A stretch of DNA of 64,000 nucleotides from Ascidiella aspersa (taxonomy: Eukaryota), in the NCBI GenBank assembly GCA_963924565.1, contig OZ004609.1, positions 5,208,001-5,272,000 on the forward strand, in the 5' to 3' direction. This document shows, piece after piece, positions 1 to 12,266 of the stretch. Numbering within the stretch: position 1 is the first letter of the stretch; every line of letters begins with the position of its first letter. The notes beneath the pieces are model-generated. The model was not told the origin of the DNA. It made no database searches and saw nothing but the letters and a program-made list of their open reading frames with translations. Made by a program: the position numbers and the translations under genes.

Positions 1-1359
1 TTGGACTTTGCGCGGTTGACTAGTTTTAATGTGCTTTGTTACTTGTTGGGGTGCTATATTGGCCTTTTGAATTAGCTGTTTTGGGTGATGACATTTCGTA
101 GTTATAGTTATAAGTTTTAGACTTATATTAGTGTCATTGCGTTATATATATATATATATATAGGAATATTACACGGTTGGGTGATTTGCAGTATGCAGTT
201 TGAGATCTTATATTTGTGCAGACAGCCATTGCTTTATGTCCTACTACATTGCGCTATTTGAATGTATGATACTATGCTATGCTTTCAAGGTCGTTTATCA
301 CGGTAGGGTGGTTAGCGGTATGAAGGTTAAGATGTTATATTTATACTAACAGCTATTGCTTTATGTGCTATTGCGCTTAGGGCTATTTAGTTCAGGTTAT
401 TGCGAAAATTTAAGGTTGTCTGCGGCGGGGTTTGAACCCGCGGTCTCAGGACTTGAGGCTTAATATGCGTATTAAGGAAAGAAATGGCATTTAATCAACA
501 AAATAGGTACAGAAAAGCACAAAATATATACAAAAAAGCAATGGAGAATGAAATCTGCCCCTTGCCCAACCGGCAAGGGGTGGCGAATGACTTTTGGGAT
601 ATAAATAACTATGATGTTTATTAGGTCACGTGATTTAGCCTCATGTGCTTTTTCACAAAGGAAGTTTAGGCTAGGTTTTGGCTTATGGTACGGTTTGTGG
701 TAAGAAAATTAAGATAAATTTTGACCAGTAGAGCGTGACGTCACATTGTTTATAAACATTACAGCCACTAGGCAACAGCCAGCTGTGTTTTGATATTGTT
801 ATTGTTTTGGTTATATCAGCTGACCATTGCCTAGTGACGGCGGTTACATTTCAGGAAAATAGGCATAGGAAATAGGTGTACAATTGAATGAAATGAAGAA
901 CAAAATACGAAAATAATGTGGGATTGCCAAAATGTGTTCTCATGTTGGATTTTTTCTACAAGTGATAATTCATGGTGGAGTGAAACATGATTTTGGATAT
1001 AATTTTATGAGGTGGGTTTACTAGTTTACGGTAGGCCTACTCAATTAATATGTACACATGCAGAATAATTGCAAGAAATTTAAATAGATAATACATAGCA
1101 AAAAAACTTTAGTTTTAGTGTCCTAAAAGGTGGAGCTCAAGAAGGTTTTCAGCTCTCACAGGGACTGCCAGAGGCTGAGCAAATAAGAAAAGGTAATAAT
1201 ATTTAATTTAATTATGTTTACGACAGCAATATGAAGTATTAAGTATGGTTCAAAATCTGATAATAATGTTATAGTATAATTGAAGCGAATTAATTAAGAG
1301 GTGAATATTTAGAGAAGTAAGTGTTACATTAATTATTTAAGCGACAAAGATATAAATAT

Positions 1360-3208
1360 TTAAAATACTATGAGATTTTCGCTGCCGCTGTTAAAATCCA
1401 CAGAGGTGTCAAGGTTGTAAAACTTGACCAGTCGCTCTGGGGACAGAATGCTCGTGAATGATTTAAATTTAGTTCTAACTTTCCAGTATGTTTTTTTAAT
1501 AAATTTGGTTTGATCCCATATATATTCGTTTTCAAAATCTTGTTTTTTTTTGTTTTTTTTAGCTTTAATTAGGTTTATTTTAAAAATATTAGCTAGTTTA
1601 ATTGTAAAAGGGTGGGTGTTACCTTGGGCTGGGATGTTATATCGTAGAATGGACGTGGATAGTTCTTCAGCATAGCCTCTGTCCTCAAGGATGAATGCCT
1701 CGAGTCTTCGGGCCAAATTTAGCGGTTCATCCGATAATTGACTTCCCCTTCCGAATTGGTGTGAAAATATTTAACGTTATTATTCTTTAAGAGAATGGTA
1801 TTCTAACTGCATTGCGAGTCCTGCAGAGGGAGGGTGGTTGGAATATATTTATTTTCAATAATTTCTTTGTAGAGGTGTTTTTGCTTTGCTGCTTTCCAGT
1901 CAAAGCTGTTTCCGGTTTGGCTGTTGATTATATAATGGTTATAAATTTTATTGATCCATTCTGGCTTGGTTTGTAAGTTTTTTGGATAAGTTTGGTCGTA
2001 TAATTTGGGGTTTATTGTTTTTCCTTTCAATCCAATGTGGTATCTGACCCATGAGTGCCAGAAGTCGGAGATGGTGTCCAAATTTTTATAGTCTTTGAGC
2101 TGCTCGAGTTGAGCAGCTTCTATTTTTGCTCCGACGTCTGGCACACATAGGCCGCCTTCTTTTACCGGTGCGATTATTTTTTTTCTCTCTACGGGTTCCA
2201 TGGAGAGTGGAAACAACAAAAAGCCAAATATGAGGGTTTGAAATTGTTTAATGTATTTTTGCCTCATCGTTAAAATTCTAGCTGTATAGATAATTTGGGA
2301 CATGATGAGGGCTTGTATCAAATTTATTTTATCAAAGACCGAAAGGTTTCTATATTTGTGAATTTGGATTATTTTTTTAACTTTATCAATTTTTTTGGCC
2401 TGTTTAGCTTTTCGTGGTCTCCAGTCTCCCCGTAGCAGATACCTAGTATTTTAGATTCATTTTTGATGTAATCTGGGTACACAAGAGACACCCTATGTTT
2501 GAGTTCCTTGTTAAGGCAAATGATTAGACTCCACATCCGTAGTGAAGAATGTGGAGTCGTCAGCGTATTGTTCTAGTTTCAGTTCGGTTTTTCCAAATTT
2601 GGGGCCTTTTATGTTTTTGTTTTGAGTTATGATGTGGGTTAATATGTCGGAGATCGTGATGAAGAGAAGCATCGACAGGGAGCAGCCCTGTCGTATGCCT
2701 CTCCTCACCACGATCTCCTTAGTTAGCTTGCCGTTGATGTTGATTTGGCTTGTTATATTGTTATATATTATTTTTTATTTTTATTTATTATTTGTACTCT
2801 GTAAATTTGAAATCTCCAATTATGATGTGATTATGCTTATATGTGTTATGGTTATGGTTATGATTATGGCTACGGTTATGATTATGGTTATGCTGGGCTG
2901 ACTGCTTGATGTCGTTTAAGACATCATCAAGCATCAGCCCTTTGTTTTATTTTAATGGTTTAGTGTTTCCAAGAAGGGGCCGTAGACTAAAAAAGCCGTG
3001 CCGGCAAATTTAAATCTGTAGTCAGTTATATTAGAGAGTAAAGCTTATAGTTATTATGATTAAAATATTTACTTATATTATCTATGTTACAGTTATGTGT
3101 CTCCTGTATACCCAGAATACTTATTTTATTTAGTTTTACAAATGATAGAACACTGTCCAAAGAATTTACGTTGACAGAGGCTATCCTGATTTCGCCATCC
3201 ACGTCCAT
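1360..3208 (-). pseudogene. E1 ORF2 (EN-RT) remnant
   Basis: ORF fragments 1360-1716, 1803-2321, 2511-2711 and 3026-3208 match the E6 ORF2; a large deletion near 2770-2790 joins RT to EN. Confidence 0.9.
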
Positions 3209-3388
3209 TCCGTCCGGTGAGAGGGATCACTGTGGAAATGAAAGAAGATGAGCGACTGGCCAAGCACGGTTAAAGCACGCAGCATGCGAAAAATATTTCT
3301 ACTAGTTATGGTTATGATTAAATTTACGGTTATGGTTACGGTTATATACAATGTTGTGATTTTGGTGTATGAAATGACTCTAGCTGGG

Positions 3389-4558
3389 TCAACATTTTTT
3401 CTTCTTATGTCTTCGTTTTGATTTGGGGGGTGTAGGCGTTCCTGTGGTCTGAGTGTCAGATGTACTTAAATTCCGTTTGTTTGTAGAAGGGTCGTATTCA
3501 TGGGTGGAATATTCTTGAGATGATTCCTGCAATGTTGGGGGGTTTGAAAATTTAGTCATGAGATTCATCACTGGAGTAGGGCTAGGATATATAAATGATC
3601 CGCGGGGATTGGGTATCGGCGGGCGGCACTTGGTAGTGGCTGGGTGTATGGTAGGCGGAGTGGGATGATTGGTTAGTAGGTTGTCCGGGGGGGAGGGGGA
3701 GGTGGGGTAGAGGGGCCATGGCTTATTAAGGCTTGATGTTGGCTCGTGTTGTCGTCGCTTTCTATTTCCTCAGAGTTGTCGGAGGGATAATTTGTATTGT
3801 TGGTTTGCATCATTGCTGTTAAGGGTATTTGGTTTTTCGTTTAACGCTGGAAAGTTTTCTTGATAGTTTTGCTGTTCTTTGTTGGTTTGAATTGTAGTTT
3901 CTGTATTTGTAGAGGATGACGCACCCTCACAGTTTTCTTTAATTTCGCTAACTTGGCGTAGTTTCTGAGGGCACTGGTTTGACCAGTGGCCCCTCTGCCG
4001 GCAAAACCGGCAGTTGGGGCCAAAAGAATCGCCAGGCTTGATGACCTGGATGCGGTGGTGATATATTGATATTTCTGATGGGATGTTGACTGTTAATGGA
4101 TCTTCCAATTGAATATTAACGTAGCCATTTCTTATAGCCGGATAGTTTTTGTGAGAAAGCCATTGGTGGGAGCGGTAATTTCCCCATTTCTGTTGGGAGG
4201 GAAGGGATTGGAGGAGGGGGTCGGGTAATTCAAAGGGAACTGGGTACAGGGTAATACGGTAAAGGGGTTTTGTTGGAATAAAAGATTGGAGGAGGAATTG
4301 GGTGCCATCCACCTCAACCCTCTCCTCGCGGATAAATTTGTCGTGAAGCTGGTTTCTTGTCGGGTCTTGATTTTGTTAATGTTACTCTAAATATTTTTTT
4401 ACTCTGTTAAGTGTTCGGATTCCTATTATTTCTTTTTTGTAAACCTGAAGGGGTTGGCCATATTCTATAAGATTGAAGAAATTTTCCAGTGTAAAAGTTC
4501 CGTCTGTAGTAATTTGAAAGTTGATGGTTGAGTCTTGGGTGAGAGATGAGGTACTCAT
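3389..4558 (-). pseudogene. E1 ORF1 remnant
   Basis: ATG at 4558 (MSTSSLTQD); fragments 3770-4312 (zinc knuckle) and 3389-3571 (basic C-terminus KKKKC). Confidence 0.85.
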
Positions 4559-6045
4559 CTTGGCCCAGCTAGAGTTGAGTTTTATGTTTTTTGTTTTGTG
4601 CTGTGTGATGTACGGTTTGTTGTGTTAATTACAATTTTTTGCACACTTACTTTTTGTTTTTGAATAAACGGTTGATAGTGCATAAATAAATATAGGTTTG
4701 TTTACAATTGTAGGTTCAGGAGCATAGAAAGTTTTATAACAGAGAAACAAAATGGCGGACTTATGGTCTCACTTATAGGTTTTAGATAAAGGGCGTGGTC
4801 AGATACAAAATGGCGGACAAATTTACCAAGTAGGGAAGTTAACAAGGTTAGTTAATAGCCTCTTCGCCCTTCCGCCAGTAGGAGCCCAACGACCTCCGTC
4901 AGTCAAGCCGATGACGTCGGCAAGACTGACAGGGGGTCCAACTAGCGCTACCACCAACAAACGGAAAAAAAGGCTATTAATTGCGTTTAAGTTACAATAT
5001 TATTATGCTGGCTTTTTTTAAACATAAACACAAAAGCCTGCAAACTAAATAAGCTGCAAACACCCTGAACACAGGCTGCTGCAGCCGAACTAAATATGTA
5101 CACTCCACAAATGAAAAAAAACGGATGGAAAAAATTGGAAAAAAATGGAATAATCGGAAGAAAACAAAAAAAAACGCAAAAAGCAGCGGGCAGTGGGATT
5201 CCCTTTGAATCGGGTAGTTTTTTTTCTCTCTCTATGTGTTTATTCAACAATGAAAAATAATAATCACCGAAAAACAAGTAATTTTTCATATATTTTTTGA
5301 GCCGGTAGATGGCGGTGAGGTGGTTAATGGAGGGAAAGGTGGCATGGGAAATCGTAATTATAATTCTGTGTGTTCAGGGTTATTATTATTTCTATATGGT
5401 CTTAGTTGTGCTATCTTGGGTCTATGTTCTTCATTAGGTGCTGTATTGACAGTTAAACTAGGCGATTTTGGGAAAGGACAATTACATATATAGATTTAGT
5501 TGCTCTATGGGATTTTATGTACACTGGGTTTTTGACTGAAGCATTAGGTCTTATTATATCGGCGTTTGCTTATTATGTTGTTATATATTATTTTTATCCA
5601 GGTTATTATATACGGGGGTGTGCCGTACTTCTCCAAAACCCTGACCGCGAAGTCAATGTCAACGCGGTCAAAGGCCTTGGAGAAGTCGGTGAGGATAATG
5701 GCTAACGGGTGGTTGTGGGATTGGGCGTATTGGATGGCTGCTTTGATGTTGTAATGAATATGCTGAATTTGTCTGTGTTTTAAGCCGCATTTTTGGTTTG
5801 CATGAATTCTGAATATGTTGTGTAAGTCTGTTAGTGATGGATTTTGTTATGATTTTATAATCTGTGTTTAGAATAGAGATTTTTTATCTCCTTTTTTTGG
5901 TATCAGCTTAACGACGGCCGTTCGCATGGACTTTGGCATTATATTCTGTAGATAAATGCTGTTTACTAATTCTGTCAAGTCCAGTTTTAGATGGGGCCAA
6001 AAGGTTATATAGAATTCTATCGGTAGGCCGTCGCAGCCTGGAGAC

Positions 6046-7771
6046 CAGTGGTTCTCAACCTTTTTTGAGGCCAGAGCCAAATTTCGAACCTACGGTTGTG
6101 CAAGGAGCCGCATGAAAAACAACTGTCTAATTCTAAATAGAAACATTACTTAAGAAAGCAACAACACAAAAAAAATTGTTTAATGTGAAGTTTGACATGG
6201 ATTTTTGATTTTTTTTAAGTGTGTCAAAACGAGGCGTATCGGTTACGATACTGATTTTTTATTTTGACCATTTTGCTGAAATGTGCTTCACATACATAAG
6301 TTGAACCAAATACAGAGGCATTCTTCAGGGCATTACTTATCAAGTTGAGATATTTTTCCTCTGAAACTCGACCCCCAAAGTCGAGTAGACCTTCACTTTG
6401 AAATGCTTGTTTCAGCTCGACACCGGACTGCATGTCTATAGTAGCTCCAACTGAAACTTATCAGGGGCGGTGTCTGCCTCTATTGCCATAGGTGTAGCAA
6501 ATGTTTTCATCAAAGGCAAAAAAGAATGCATTCCGTTAATGCGACGTTCGAATTCATCAATCAAGTTGCTTATGAGTCTGTTATACGTATTAAATGATCC
6601 GCTGTCTCGATGATTTGAAAGAGCCGGAAAATGCGTTGTAGCACCTCTTGAAAGTTGCGTGTTCCAAAGGCAAAGCATTTTAATGAAGGCAGATGCTGTG
6701 CCATACAAATCATGACAAAACTTCATATTTCCTTGCAGGGTGCGATTTAGGAATGAAAGGTGGGTAGTGATATCAACCATAAATGCCAAATCAGCTACCC
6801 ATTGTTCATTGCCGAGCTGTGAGATGTCTTTCTTTCTTCGGCAAACAGTTTAATCTCCGGTAGAAGGTCATAAAATCTCTTGAGGCATTTAGCTCGGCTT
6901 AACCATCTTACAGCAGTGAACATGATAACGTCACCATAATCAGCATCAATATCTGCGAGAATCTTTTTAAACTTACGATGGTTAAGTGCATTTGTTCGAA
7001 TCCAATTTACTGTTGTTGTTACTACGTTTGTCACATTAGGCATGTTCAAAGACTTAGCAACGAGACTTTCTTGGTGTAAAATGCAGTGATGCCATGTCAC
7101 GGGAGCTAGGTTATCTTCTTCTCGCCATTTGTTGATGAGTCCTTGAAGTCCTTAATTTGCGCCAAGCATAGAAGGACACCCATCGGTTGCCACTGAAAAC
7201 AGCTTTGATGGATCCAAATGTGCTTCTTGAAGAGCAGCTTGAAATTCACGAAATATATCCGTTCCTTTGTTGAGCCATGAATGGAACGCATTTGTAGGCA
7301 TCATACTTTGCAGAATGAATTTTGTAGTGCCTCTCAGCGTTAAAAGCTTTTACACTACTAATCACCACAGGACACAAAAGGCAATGAAATTTGTTATCTA
7401 TTTCAATTTGAAAATATTTCTCTTCCCAATCCCTTTTGAAAGTCCGATTTTCTTGCTGAAAAGTGCGAGCTTTCTCGGTAGGCTGCTCTGACATATCGCT
7501 AGACTAGGCTAACTAATTAACACTGCTAAAATAGCTTTTTCTTATTGCCATAGCTTGTCGATCAAGACAAATTATATTATGACGTCACAAACCACAAAAT
7601 GATTTTACACAGCCAAGGTAGTAACCTGGTAAGATTAGTACTTCGTACACGGGATCCTTGCTGAGACAATTTGCTAATTCTTAACATGTTTTACTTACTT
7701 TGTTGCAATTCTGGTACAAGTAATTGAATTTCACTAAGTTAGTGAGAGCCGCAACATGTACAGTTGAGAGC
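6046..7771 (-). mobile_element. hAT DNA transposon (SPIN/Charlie-like), one TIR lost
   Basis: TIR CAGTGGTTCTCAACCT at 6046 interrupts the RT PGCDG motif; LINE sequence resumes near 7772 with no second TIR. Confidence 0.85.
6224..7494 (-). pseudogene. Frameshifted hAT transposase (GTF2IRD2/SPIN-like)
   Basis: BED-like ENRTFKRDWEEKYF...CLLC...RHYKIH, HCILHQESL, VRWLSR, LNRTLQG and FGSTYVCEAHFS motifs spread over 5 ORF fragments. Confidence 0.9.
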
Positions 7772-7861
7772 GTTGATTGATTTGAGGACTTGGGTTTGTT
7801 TCTTTTTGTTGACGGTGGGGTTTTGTCCCCAGATGTCATTGTAAAATTTGTATATGATATT

Positions 7862-8993
7862 TTAAATTTCTTCTTGGTTAGTGGTTATGGTATTTTGATT
7901 GTTTGTTAATTGGGAGATTTCGGTTTTTACTTTATGAATTTTTTCTGATAGATAAAATTGTTTATTTGGCTTTTCGTTCTCTTCAAAATCTTTTATTTTG
8001 GCTCTAATTTTGGCCCCTTCGAGGATTTGATTTTCATGGTTTTTGATTTTGTTTTTAATTTCAAGATATTTTTTATTTATTTCTTCATTTCCTGGGGTGA
8101 TTTGTTGTTGGATCTGTTCTAATTGTTTAATGAGTGTGTTTTGGGTGTGTATGTTTTGTTTTTTTAAATTGATGGAGAATGATATAGACTTTTTCCGAAT
8201 TGATGATTTAAGATCTTCCCACCAATTTGATATGTGATGATAGTCACATTTTTTTATTTGCCAATGCTCCAAATGGTCCCTTATTAATGTTTTGTAGTCA
8301 TCATTCTCCATCAATTGACAGTTCAGTTTCCATATGCCTTTTCCCCATTGGGCTTGGGAGCTGACCTTTATTTTAATATAGGGGGATTGGGAATGGTCCG
8401 AAAAGGCATATGGAAAATGACCTGCTTGTTTTATCCAGGATGACAGGCTCGTGGTATGGTAGATCCATCCTGTCAATCCTGGATGCTGATTTCTGTGTGA
8501 TGTAGGTGTATGTTTTTTTATGTGGGTAGGATAGTCGAAAGGAGTCAACTATTTCTAGTTGGCTCCTCTCGACTATCCACCTTCTAGTTTCCAAGTTTTG
8601 AGTTTGTTTTGTAGCTGTATTGTCTTTGGGGTACTCTGTAAAATTAAAATCTCCAAGTATGATGTGGTTATGCTTATATGTGTTATGATTATGGTTATGA
8701 TTATGTTGGGCTGACTGCTTGATGTCGTTTAAGACGTCATCAAGCATGTCAGCCCTTTGTTTTATTTTAATGGTTCCGTTCCCAGACGGCAAGTATACAT
8801 TGTATATGTTGAGTTGTTGTTGTTTTTCCTTGCCGCCTGGGTCCCATTCTATGGTTAATTTATGGATACGGTTATGGATTATTATTTTATGGGTTACGTT
8901 ATGGTTATTTATGGTGTCCAGGAAGGGGCCATGGACTAAAAAAGCAGTGCCGGCAAAGTTAAATCTGCAGTCTGTTATGTTACAGTAGAGCAT
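7862..8993 (-). pseudogene. E2 ORF2 endonuclease remnant
   Basis: GDFNF, RIDR, SDH and WKLN motifs in two frameshifted fragments. Confidence 0.85.
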
Positions 8994-9028
8994 ATAGTAA
9001 TTATTTTTAAAGAATTTAGTTATGTTAT

Positions 9029-10150
9029 CTATGTTTCTTGCTGGAATTTGGAGATTAGATTTGAAACTAGTGTTGGGCTTGGGATTATGATCCGCGGGGA
9101 TTGGATATCAGTGGACGGCAGGGGGTGGTGGGTAGGGGTGTGATAGGTGGAGTTAACGGATTGATTTTGTATGATTGCATGGGAGGTTGAAGGGCGTTTG
9201 GGTCGGGGCAGGGGGTGGAGGTGGGGGAGAGGGGGTGCTGCGGGAAGGGGACAGGTGATTGGGTTGTGAAGTGTGTAGCTGGTCTGGTTTAGGTTCATCA
9301 GGTTTGTTTGCTTGGTTGTGGTTGTTTTCGTTGTTGGAATTTGCTGGATTGGTTTTCATCGATTACGAGGTCAGAGTTGTTGTTGTCGGAAAGGTCGGAG
9401 GGTACGTCATCTTGCCTTAGGCTTTCAGAGGATTGGTTAGGATTTTTATTTGGTTTGTTTGCTGTATTTTGGTTTATAATAGCTGGGAATTCTTCATTGT
9501 ATTTTTCTTGGTTGGTGGTTTCTTCTGAATTTTTGTTGGTTGTCGCAGAGGATGACGTACCCTCTTGGCTTTTGTTTGGTCGGTTTGCGTTATTTTTTTG
9601 TGGACACTGGTTGGACCAGTGTCCCCTTTGGCGGCAGAAGCGGCAGTTCGGGCCGAAAGATTCGCCGGGTTTTATCACCTGTATGCGGTTTTGAAAGATT
9701 GAAATTTCAGTTGGGATATTTGAGATTATTGGTTCTTCCTTCTAGGCTGAAGTTGACGTAACCGTTTCGGATTTCTGGGTGGTTCCTGTGAGATAACCAT
9801 TGGTGATTTTTGGAAGTTCAAATGGGACGGGGAAGAGGGTTAGGCGGTATAGGGGTTTGGTTGGAATAAATGATTGGAGGAGGAGTTGGGTGCCGTCCAC
9901 CTCAACCCGCTCCCCGCGGATATATTTGTCATGGAGTAGGTTTCGTGGAGGTTTTGTTTGTTTTGTTAAGGGTTATGGTGAATATTTTTTTTTCTCTGTT
10001 AAGAGTACGTATTCCTATAATTTATTTTTTGTATTGGTGTAGAGGTTGTCCATATTCGATAAGGTTAAAGAATTGTTCTAAGTTGAAGGGTCCGTCAGTG
10101 GAAACTTGAAAGTTGATGGTATGATCCTGGGTCAACGATGAGGTGCTCAT
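9029..10150 (-). pseudogene. E2 ORF1 remnant
   Basis: ATG at 10150; CRFCRQRGHWSNQC knuckle; a deletion near 9030 removes the ORF1 end, spacer and ORF2 start. Confidence 0.85.
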
Positions 10151-10786
10151 GTTGACCCAGCTAGAGTTGTTTTTATTTTATTTATGTGTTTTGCAGTGTT
10201 GATTTTCGCTTTTTTGTTATGAATAAAATTGCACGGATATATGGTTTTGAATTATTGATATAAAAGTATATAAATAGATTAGCTTATGATGTATATATAT
10301 ATAATTTGACACAAAATGGCGGATTAAATGGTGTTAACAGTAGGTTTTAGGCGGAAAAACGGGGACAAATTTAGGACACAAAATGGCGGCAAATAAATTT
10401 TTATGTTTAAATTTGAAAAGCCTGGCAGCCCGTCGGCGGGAGCTAGAGGGACTGCTGTCAATCAAGCCGACTGCGTCGGCAAGACTGACAGGAGCCCACG
10501 CAGTAGCCGCACGCCCAACAAACGGGAGGCCAGTCTATTCTTGCTAAGTTTTTACTGTTATACTACTAATGATTGTTGACTTTTAAACACAAAAAACACT
10601 TGCAAAACTGCACACAACCTGAACACAAGGCTGCTGCAGCCGAACTAAACTTGTAAGCTCCACAAATAATAAAAAATAAATGGAAAAAATTGAAAAAAGA
10701 TGGAAAAAATGGAAAAACGGAAAAAAACGCAAAAATCAGCGGGCAGCGGGATTCCCTTTGAATCGGGTAGTTGCTGGGTCCAACGA

Positions 10787-10816
10787 GTGGAGCAATTTAC
10801 CTTATTCAAATAGAAT
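10787..10816 (-). ncRNA. SL RNA 5' part (exon + 14 nt intron) fused to E2
   Basis: ATTCTATTTGAATAAG|GTAAATTGCTCCAC followed by element sequence. Confidence 0.85.
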
Positions 10817-11363
10817 ACTTTAAAATCGCGCGGCTAAGGCTTTATGCGAAGGCCAACTTTCAAAAACGCCAGTTTACTCAATATACGATTGTATGACTTC
10901 ACCACCTATATAAGGGTGTCGCCAGAGAGGCGCTGGTAAGTATTCACCATGCTATGTGGTCACGTGGTACTTCGCGTTGTTCGAAATTTCTTGTCGCGCC
11001 CCGTTCGTTTCAACCGCGACATTTTTAACAAAAAATTAACGCTCAAAAAGCCAACTCAACATTGATCCCAATGCATATCGCGCGCTGTGGCACTTCAAAG
11101 GGCGGCCTACACGCAAGAGAGAAGCGCCCTACGGTAAGTTGGAGGAAGCGTCACCTGCGAAAGCCACGGGGGTCGGGCAGACTTGCAAAGGAGAGAGAGG
11201 AGCTGATTTTGGTTATGGGAGAGTGGGCCAGGGCTATACATGCATTTTCGCCATCTCTTAATTTGACAAAGGACGCGATTACGCGATTTGGGGATTTTGC
11301 TACATGAATGCAATACAGTGGGGGTAGCTTGGCTAAGCGATTGATTGGTTCTAAAAAATATTC
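10787..11363 (-). repeat. SL RNA gene repeat unit (1 copy of the 584-bp unit, split by insertions at both ends)
   Basis: Near-identical to the units at 43024-45357; SL exon at 10801-10816. Confidence 0.95.
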
Positions 11364-12096
11364 TTTTTGGTTAAGAAAAATAGAAATGAAGTACAGCGAA
11401 CGAGATAAAAGTCCAACGAAAAGTGGAGAAAAGAGGATAAAACAAGTCGGTATTGCGCTAAACGATATGGCGAGAGGGTCGATAATTGAGATATTGGCGA
11501 TATAACTGCGATTAGGGAATATAGGCGAACATATGAGATTTAGTCGATAATGTATAAGTTTATATCAACTAGGTACAGACATACTTTAATGAATTCACGC
11601 TTACATTCGGACGTACTAGCATATGCGAGTGTGTATATATTTGCTGGTCTGATGGGCAAGTGTTTTGTTAGTGGGTATAGTGGTGGCATAATCCGGCTGT
11701 GAGGGTAGTATGTAGTTTAGCATTGTTGCTACGCTCGAGCATTGTATGCGCTTTGAGGAATCCAGTTGTAGGTTTATTGATATAACGGTGAAGGTAGGGT
11801 AGTGTGTAGTTGGGTTATGTTTTAGGTTATAACCCTTTAGACAATGGAGATTCTGCTGCGCTCAGACATGTATGTGCTTATAGTATTATCATTGCATTGC
11901 AGTTGTAATGTCGTGCTTTGGCAGTGAAGGCAGTGTGTAATTTAGTTATAATGTAGATCATAACCTTTAGGCATATGGGGAGGGTGTGGTGACTGAAGAC
12001 TATTTTGTCTTTGATATTAATGCTATATTGGGTTGATTCGTTATACGGAACATGGGATTTTACGAAATAGCACTATTTGAATAGTATTAATTTACT

Positions 12097-12169
12097 GGAC
12101 TGACCCGGGGTTCGAACCCGGGCCCTATAGGTTACACTACCGGCGCTCTAGCCATTGTGCCATTGAGTC
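12097..12169 (-). promoter_or_regulatory. tRNA-derived Pol III internal promoter (A box + B box), family B-type 3' UTR
   Basis: A box TGGCACAATGG, B box GGTTCGAACCC, intact T-arm CCGGG/CCCGG; anticodon stem broken; resembles tRNA-Thr(TGT). Confidence 0.75.
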
Positions 12170-12266
12170 GGTTGGTGATGTCTCCGTGTTTGGAGTTGTT
12201 ATTCTAGCGTTGTGTTGGTTAGTGCGACTCGTTTTTGCTTTTTGTGCATTTGGCTGCGTTGTTGAG

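Larger units (their letters stand above)
1..5217 (-). mobile_element. E1: decayed family C L1/Tx1-like non-LTR retrotransposon (3' end outside window; internal deletions and frameshifts)
   Basis: Colinear with E6: 3' UTR, ORF2 fragments (QGCSLS, YADD, MDVDGEIRIAS), ORF1 fragments (CRFCRQRGHWSNQC) and 5' UTR ending at the anti-SL arm. Confidence 0.9.
5218..10786 (-). mobile_element. E2: decayed family C non-LTR retrotransposon interrupted by a hAT transposon
   Basis: Poly(A)/(AG)n tail at 5218-5233; RT fragment DFSKAFDRVD near 5640-5690; EN fragments 7862-8993; ORF1 fragments 9029-10150; 5' UTR nearly identical to E6; 5' end fused to SL exon. Confidence 0.9.

Noticed and set aside
551-596. 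HDV-like ribozyme (hairpin followed by GGCGAAT)
   Set aside because: I could not identify the P1, P3 and P1.1 nested pseudoknot upstream; no hammerhead CUGANGA/GAAA core was noticed at element 5' ends either
6038-6045. 8-bp TSD of the hAT element
   Set aside because: The other terminus and adjacent LINE sequence are deleted, so no duplication can be verified
11062-11307. Recurrent 81-aa ORF MIPMHIARC… (and its antisense ORFs) in every 584-bp unit
   Set aside because: Starts at TTG, has no recognisable domain, and recurs only because the SL spacer is repeated
12071-12086. 11-nt SL-like match CTATTTGAATA in the family B 3' UTR
   Set aside because: Short, AT-rich and part of a local palindrome (ACTATT-TG-AATAGT); likely chance
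12097-12169. Functional tRNA genes in the 3' UTRs
   Set aside because: Acceptor and anticodon stems do not pair; only the A/B boxes and T-arm persist, so they are called tRNA-derived promoters
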